DNA from: Monocercomonoides exilis PA203
Lineage: Eukaryota > Protista > Preaxostyla
DNA: 64,000 nt
NCBI GenBank assembly: GCA_001643675.2
Contig: LSRY02000008.1
Location: 310,001-374,000, forward strand
Direction: 5' to 3'
Shown here: positions 56,371 to 64,000 of the stretch, piece by piece
Numbering within the stretch: the stretch's first letter is position 1
Layout: each line of letters starts with the position of its first letter
Notes under the pieces: model-generated
Told to the model about the DNA's origin: nothing
Database searches by the model: none
Seen by the model: the letters and a program-made list of their open reading frames with translations, nothing else
Program-made: the position numbers and the translations under genes

Positions 56371-56995
56371 CTGAAACATATTAAGAGTTTCCACATTTTT
56401 CCAGATAAACAAATTAGCAATACGCTTGTTTCAATAAAATCAACGTTTTTCAAACGTATCAGCTTTGAAATAAGTCATTTGTTATTGATCAGAATTAAAT
56501 AAAGAAGGTCAAACGATGGAGATATCTTTCAGGTTGTTTTCTGATTCTTCTTTAATTTTATTCTTTCTTCACCCATTGTTCATTTTCAGGTGACACTGCT
56601 TGCCACTGACTCCATTGACATTTTTTGATCAAAAATTTCCACCTTCGTCAGTTCCGTCAGTTCCCCTTAATTAAAAAATCGATTGAATAATTTGTGAAAA
56701 CTTCGACCAATCGTTTTCTTAAAAAAACATAATATTGTGAATTGATAAGCAAATTGAAAATATTCTGTAATTAAAAATATAACAAATATCGCATACAATT
56801 TTTCTTACGGGATTTTTTTCCATCGCGTCAGTCAAATATCGCTTTTTTCCAAGTCAAAGTCAGTTAGTCACCCAGGCTTAATTTAACACACATTTGTGAA
56901 TGCGTATGATACAAATTTTTAAAATTCCATCCATGGAAATTATTATGATTTTTACATAAAAAGGGTATGATCTAGCCGTTAATTATTTTCAAAAC

Positions 56996-59900
56996 ATGGA
57001 CGCTCGTCATAAATGGGTGATCCAACGAGTATCAGAACTTTTTCATTGCGAATCCTCAGTTATTGAGGGACTTGTTAACGATGAGGGATTAATACCTCAA
57101 ATGACAAAGTTTTTTAATGATCCTCAAGAAAAGAAAATGCTGTTTTACCAACAAGGCGAATCACCGTTTGAAAAGAGCTTTTTGACACTTAGTAAGATCT
57201 ATTATTGTTTTCAATTGATTTTTATATTAGAATGGCTTCATACTCTGCTCAAATTGGAGAAGAAAATGAAGGAGTTGAACCTTTGGTTGAAACAGGACTA
57301 TGCGTTTATGTACTTAGAACAGGAAAGAAAGCTATTCCACCTGCAAATTTTGAATTTGAGGTTTGCTTTCTTTTTCAAAAGAAAACTTTGCCTGAAATAT
57401 TAAATTTGAAAAAATTCTCAGATGCTGGTGGGATCTTTTCCTGCAAATTATCTTCTTTCATTTGTTGACGTTCTTAAAGAAGTTATGATCCCAGCTTTGG
57501 ATGCGCAAGATGCATGGGGAGAGGTTATTTTTTTGATGTTTAGTTGTGTAATTTCATTATATTTGTTTTTCAGACAAGCAAATCAGAAGTGGGATCAGTC
57601 TTTTTGTATGATGCTAATCGTTTCGCGACGAACATGCAAACCACTGCAAAAAGTTTGGATTGTGTGGTGATGCTAACTCCACCAGATTTGGAGAAGTATC
57701 CAATTACAATCGAACCAGCTTCAATTCTCGAAGCATCAAAGAATTTAGACATAATCCAATACTTTGAGAATCTAGTTCAAGAATGGTCGCGCACTGTAGA
57801 GAAAACATTGGTGGAAAGCGAGCAAGTTCGATCTGAAGGAGACGAAATTGGGCCTGATGCCGAGTTGGAACACTGGAAGGAGCGGATGGCGCGGTTCAAT
57901 ATGATAACGGATCAGCTGCGGCAGGAGCCGTACCGCATTGTGCTGCTTGTGCTGCAGCAGGCACAGTCGAAGATTGTGAAGCATTGGGCAACACTGGATG
58001 CTCGCGTGACAGATGCTGCTAATGAGGCGAAGGACAATGTTCGTTCGCTTTATACACTCGACCGTTTTATCCAGCCGCTGTACACAGACAACCCGGTGGA
58101 GCTGATGGATTCGGTGCCGAACATCATCAAGGCTATTAAGATGATGCACTCAGTTGCGAGGTACTACAACACTTCAGAGCAGATGACAGCACTGTTTGTG
58201 AAGATTGCAAACCAGATGATTCTGTGCTGCAAGAAGTACCTGACGGAAGGAGGAGACATTTGGAAGCAGGATAGGAAGACGTTCATTGGGCGATTGCACG
58301 CGTGCATTGATTTGCGGGACTCGTATAAAGAGCACTACCATCGGACAAAGATGGAGCTGCAGGTGACTCCACAGGCCAAGCAGTTTGACATGTCAGAAGC
58401 GTCGATCTTTGGCAATTTTGACCAGTTCTGCAAGCGTGTGCAGAAGATTGAAGATGTCATTCTCAGCATTGATGAATTCTCGTCATTCAAGAGAACGACA
58501 CTTGAGTCAATGCAGCCACTTTTACGTCGTCTGGATGAGATCGCAGAACTGTTCCAGAGAAAGAGCTATGATGTCTTGAACTACAGGAAGGATGCCTTTG
58601 ATGCGGACTATCTCGAGTTCTGCCGTGCTTCGCGCCGGTTGGAGGAGGACTTTCTACAGTACATCACACTGTGCTTTGACAACATCCACGAGACGCACAG
58701 CGCCATCCGCCTGCTGAAGCACTTCGAGGCCATCACAGCAAGGCAGACGCTGCGGGACGAGCTGAACAGACAGTGGGAGCGTGTCTTTGTGAACTTCGGA
58801 CACGATTTGGAGGAAGTGAAGGAGAGATTCGAAGCGCAGAGGGCAAATCCACCGATTGCGAGGAATATGCCACCGGTGACTGGAAACATTCAGTGGGCGA
58901 GGCAGCTTCTGAGGCACATTGAAGGGCCGATGTTGGAGTTCCGGTCGCGCCCTGGGCTATTGCAGCATTCAGAGGCGAAGCACATCATTCGACTGTACAA
59001 CAAACTGGCACAAGGTCTGCTGGAGTTTGAGACGAGGTGGCATCTGAAGTGGTTTGATTCTGTGGAGAATGCGCTGGCGGGGCTGAATGTGACGCTGCTG
59101 GTGAAGCACCCGAAGACAGGGAAGTTGTATGTGAATCTTGACCCATCTCTGTTGGAGCTGATTAGAGAAAGCAAGTTTCTGCACCGGATGCAGCTGGAGG
59201 TGGTGCCTGAGGGGCTTTTGGCTCTTCAGAGGGAAGACAAGCTGAAGTTCTACCAGAGCGCTCTGCAGAACTTGATCGAAAAAAGGACGAGTGTGATGAA
59301 GCTTATCTTGCCAATCTATCGGGACATTGTTATCCCGCACATCAACCTGATTGAGGAGAAGATCGCACCAGCCTTAAAGACAATCAACTGGAATTCACTC
59401 AGCATTGACTCGTACATCGTGGGTGTGGGCAACTCACTGGACAGCTTCGAGCAGCTGCTGAACAAGGCGAATGACATCATTCAGCACCGTATTGCGACAG
59501 CTCTGTGGGGCTTGGGGCATCTGGAGCTGATTGCCCTGCCACAAGACCAGTGCTCATTGCCTGAGTTCATGTTGGGTGTGGAGGAGTTCACAACAGCACA
59601 AGGAGAAGCATTGCAGGTGAGGAACAAAGAGACAGAATCAGCAGTGATCGATATGATTAGATTGATTCTTGCTTCTCTTCCACGTGAAAAGCAGCTGACA
59701 GTGAAGGAACCAGCACTGAAGATATACAACCACTTCCAGAGAGAGGCATTCAACATGCTTTTGAGGGCAGTTATTGCGTCATTGAATTCAGTGCGCGCGT
59801 GGACGAATGGCTCAGTTCCAGCGCTGTTTGAACTTACAATCACGCTTGACAACAACAACGTGACAATCACCCCGTCTTTGAGAGAAATCAAGCGCTCACT

Positions 59901-62900
59901 GGTAAATGTGAGCAAGATGATCATTGCCACCACAAAGAAAGTGTTTGCGTGGTCTGGTTTGACTGGCGGAGGAAGCGGAGGAGCGATGCCTGGGTCAGGA
60001 AGCACGAGCTCAGTGGGTGCTGGGAGCAGCCTGTCGCCTGGAATGACTGCCAGCACAGCCTATCTGCACGGTGTAAGCTCAGCTTCTGCTTCTTCCTCTG
60101 CGTCTGCATCAGCTTCTGCCTCTGGCTCGTCTGCTGGTGCGGATGAAGGTGCATACGCTGTGAAGTCAAGCTCACAGCTGTTTGATGTGATTGCATCTGG
60201 AAAGGAAGTGGCTTCGCTGTATCGACAGAACGCTGGCGGAACCAGCCGATCTTATGCTTCACCTGGTGGAATGACTCCAAGCGCAGCTGCTGGAGCAAAC
60301 TTTGGCTCTTCCTCTTCTTCCCTTTCGGCCTCTGCAGTTGCCTCCCCCGCATCATCGGCAGGCGAAACACCAATCACACCAGGCTCTTCTGCTCACATGT
60401 CGTCGAGCGGGAAGAATGCGGGTGTGTCGAATGCAGCGCTTGCAGGGCTGATTACGCCATTTGCACCAGGAGGTGATGGAAGCTATCTGATTCCCGAGCC
60501 CCTCTTTGAGCAAGTTGCATCGCATAAGGACATTATCAGAACTGTGCTTGTGTTGGCGCACGGAATCAAAATGTTCAGAAGAGAAGTGAAGCAATATTTG
60601 GAGATCTTTTCAGAGTTCAAGGAATTGTGGGAAGATGACATGGAAGAGAAGATTTCTGAGTTTGTGAAGACGAACCCAACTTTGGAAGAATATCAGCAGC
60701 AAGTCCTGAAATACGACGAGATTGCAGAGAAAGTGAATGACATTGCATCTCAGAAGGATATTGCAGTGTTTGTGGTGAATTCACAACCAATCAAGGAGAA
60801 GTTCATTGACTTGATCAATGAGTGGAAGACACATTATGCTCAACATCTTCACAGAGACGCACTGGCACAGCTGAGAGAAATGACAGAGTTTATGACAGAC
60901 AACCTGTCAAAACTGGGACGAGCAGTGAACGACATTGACGATATCAGAGATTTGGTGAAGACGATGGACGGAGTGAGGCAGATGAGTGAGAATTTTGATC
61001 TGAAGCTGATTCCTTTGGAAGAAAGATACTCGCTTCTGGGCAAGTTTGGCGTGGAGATCACAACAGAAGAGACAGATATGCTGGACAACTTGCGCTACCG
61101 CTGGAAGAAGCTGAAGACGAAGAACGACGAAGTGATGGGCTATTTGTGCTCTGTGCAGGACAAATACATGCAGGAGCTGAAGGAGCACGTGGCAGCATTC
61201 CGCATTGAAGTCGAGTCATTCCACGAGGAATACACAGAAAAGGGACCAATGGCACAGACAAACCCGAGGACGGCCATGGAGAAGCTGCGTGTGTACAAAG
61301 CAGTGTTTGACGACAGAGCGAGGAAGTATGTATCGTACAAAGAAGGAGAAGCGCTGTTTGGGCTGGAAGAAACGAAGTACCCGAAACTGGACCAGATTTC
61401 GAGAGAGCTGAAATTGCTGGATCTTTTGTACAGTTTGTATTCAGATGTGATCATGACAGTGAACAAGTACGATGACACACTCTGGGCCGACCTCAATTTG
61501 GAGGAAGTTGAGCAGCAAATGTCTGATTTCCAGTCGAAATGCCGTGCGATGCCGAAGACGATCCATCAGTGGGACTCGTACAAGGATCTGAAGAGGATGG
61601 TGGATGAGTTTTCGGATGTGATTGAGACGCTGAGGAATCTAAAGCAAGAGTTCATCAGAGAAAGACATTGGCAGTCGATTATGCAGGTGATTGGTACAAC
61701 ATTCAAGACAGACTCAGATGTGTTCAAATTGGGACATTTGAGAAACGCAGGGCTTGTGCAACACATAGAAGAAATTGATGAAATCGCATCTGGCTGCGCA
61801 AAGGAAGCAGAAATTGAAGCGAAATTGAACGATATCATTGCGGCGTGGGTGAACCAGGAGTTCACATTCATGCAGTTCAAGAACAGAGGAGAGCTTCTTC
61901 TGAAAGGTTCAGTCACTTCTGAGATGATCACAACAATGGAAGATTCCCAGATGGCATTGCAAGGTTTGCTCTCAAACAGGTTCAATGGTCCCTTCAAGGA
62001 CAGAATTGTTGACTGGAACACGAAGCTGCTGGTGTGCCACGAGACGATTGACCAGTGGCTGGCTGTGCAGGCGCTGTGGATCTACTTGGAAGCTGTGTTC
62101 AATGGAGGAGATATCGCTCAACAATTGCCACAAGCCGCCCGTCTGTTCCAGGGAATTGATAAGTCCTGGGTGAAGCTGATGGACTCGGCAAGAGACAGAA
62201 AGAACATCATTGCCATTTGCTGTGCCGACGACACACTGAAGACGCTGCTGCCCCATCTCACTGAGCAGCTGGAGTCTTGCCAGAAGTCACTTTCTGGTTA
62301 TCTTGAGACAAAACGTTCCTTGTTCCCTCGTTTCTACTTTGTGTCTGATCCCAATCTGTTGGAAATTCTGGGTCAAGCCACCGATCCGAATGCCATCCAG
62401 CCGCAACTGAAGAACATCTTCGATAACATCGCCCGTGTCGATTTCGACCGTTCGAAGAGAACACACATCATTGGAATGAACTCAAGTGAGAACGAACATG
62501 TGGATCTGGTGAAGCGTGTGGTGGCTGAGGGGCATATTGAGCACTGGCTACAGTCGCTTGTGGACGGAATGAGAGCGACACTGAGAAATGTGACGAAGGA
62601 CTCTGTTTTGGCGATGGATCAAATGGAGCTGGAGGACTTTGTGTGGAAATTCCCAGCACAGATTGCGTTGTTGGGCATCCAGCTGATGTGGACAAGAGAT
62701 TGTGATTTGGCTTTGAGAGCAGCGAGAACAGACAAGAATGCACTGAACAACTGCAACAAGAAGAATGCGAATGTTCTGAAGAGGCTTGTGGATATGACAA
62801 CGAAAGATTTGACATCACTGCAGAGAACGAAGATTGAGACGCTTGTGACAATCGATGTGCATCAGAGAGATATCTTCGATGAACTGGTGAAGCAGAAGAT

Positions 62901-64000
62901 CCGCTCGCCACACGAGTTCAACTGGCTGAAACAGACGCGTTTCTACTGGAAGTCAGATGAGCAGCTGGTGCAGATTCAGATCACAGATATCGACTTCAAC
63001 TACTGCTACGAGTATTTGGGATGCACAGAACGTCTTGTGGTTACTCCATTGACTGACAGATGCTACATCACACTGGCACAGGCACTGGGAATGTTCCTGG
63101 GAGGTGCTCCAGCAGGGCCAGCCGGAACAGGAAAGACTGAGACAGTTAAGGATATGGGCAAAGCACTGGGGAAATACGTGGTTGTGTTCAACTGCTCTGA
63201 TCAGATGGACTATAGAGGATTGGGAAAGATCTTCAAAGGACTGGCACAATCTGGGTCGTGGGGTGATTTTGATGAGTTCAATCGTATTGAACCAGCTGTG
63301 CTGTCTGTGGTTGCACAGCAAGTGTCGTGTATTTTGACTGCGCTGAGAGAGAGAAGGAACTCGTTTGTCTTCACTGATGGTACAACTGTGCCCTTGTTGC
63401 CTGAGTGCGGTTACTTCATCACAATGAATCCAGGTTATGCTGGTCGTGTGGAGCTGCCAGAGAACTTGAAGGCTGTCTTCCGTTCCGTCGCTATGATGGT
63501 GCCAGACAGGCAGATCATTCAGAGAGTGAAGCTGGCTGCGGCTGGTTTCCAGGAGAACATCATCCTCGCAAAGAAGTTCTACATTTTGTACCGTCTGTGC
63601 GAAGAGCAACTGTCACAGCAGAGACATTACGATTTCGGTCTGAGAAACATTCTGGCTGTGCTGAGAACATGCGGAGCAACAAAGAGAATGCGGCCGTCAG
63701 ATAACGAGTCTCAGATTCTTATGCGTGTGGTGCGTGATATGAACTTGTCAAAGCTGGTCGATGAAGATGGGCCTCTGTTCAATTCTTTGATTAACGATCT
63801 GTTCCCTGGGCTGGAAGTGAAAGCAGAGCCTTATCCAGACTTGGAGAAAGGTATTCAGGAAGAAGTTGAGAAAGCAGGCCTTATTATGCATCCTTCGTGG
63901 GTGCTGAAGATTATCCAGCTGCATGAGACAATCACAGTACGTCATGGTGTGTTCGTGATGGGTGTGGCTGGCTCAGGAAAGACAAAGTGCATTCAGATGC
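56996..64000 (+). CDS. Axonemal outer-arm dynein heavy chain, gamma type (DNAH5/DNAH8-like), 5' part, runs off the window
   Basis: Exons 56996-57165, 57231-57360, 57422-57523 and 57574 to end (no stop, hence absent from the ORF track). Motifs GPDAELEHWKERMARFN, FPRFYFVSD, YEYLGCTERLVVTPLTDRCY, AAA1 GPAGTGKTETVKD, FDEFNRI, ITMNPGYAGRVELPENLK, HYDFGLRN, AAA2 GVAGSGKT. Confidence 0.96.

Larger units (their letters stand above)
52205..56880 (-). mobile_element. Non-autonomous (internally deleted) hAT transposon with cargo, 4676 bp
   Basis: Perfect 14-bp TIRs TAAGCCTGGGTGAC (52205-52218) / GTCACCCAGGCTTA (56867-56880). Exact 8-bp TSD ATTTAACA at 52197-52204 and 56881-56888. Subterminal CGTCAG repeats. 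Transposase C-terminal remnant. Confidence 0.93.

Overview
AT-rich eukaryotic DNA in the standard genetic code, with short GTTTG...AG introns and many GAA/TTC microsatellites. This style, plus many 'GGA(V/L)' and 'CG....PC.TI' beta-helix gene fragments, suggests an oxymonad/metamonad protist such as Monocercomonoides (inference). The only clear housekeeping gene is the 5' part of an outer-arm axonemal dynein heavy chain (56996 to window end). The rest is an accessory region. (i) Three paralogous genes built from a strict 30-aa Met/Trp-rich ankyrin-like repeat, with hypervariable positions, internal cap units and blocks shuffled between copies. (ii) An 8.3-kb hAT transposon with exact 8-bp TSDs, an apparently intact intron-containing transposase and about 4.8 kb of host-like gene fragments. 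(iii) A 4.7-kb deletion-derivative hAT with exact TSDs and cargo, just upstream of the dynein gene. (iv) An intact pogo/Fot1-like DD35D element. (v) A decayed Sola-like DDD transposase with an inserted USP (C19) deubiquitinase domain, followed by an antisense HDV-ribozyme-like pseudoknot. (vi) Palindromes, a truncated ABCC pseudogene and patchworks of degraded gene fragments.
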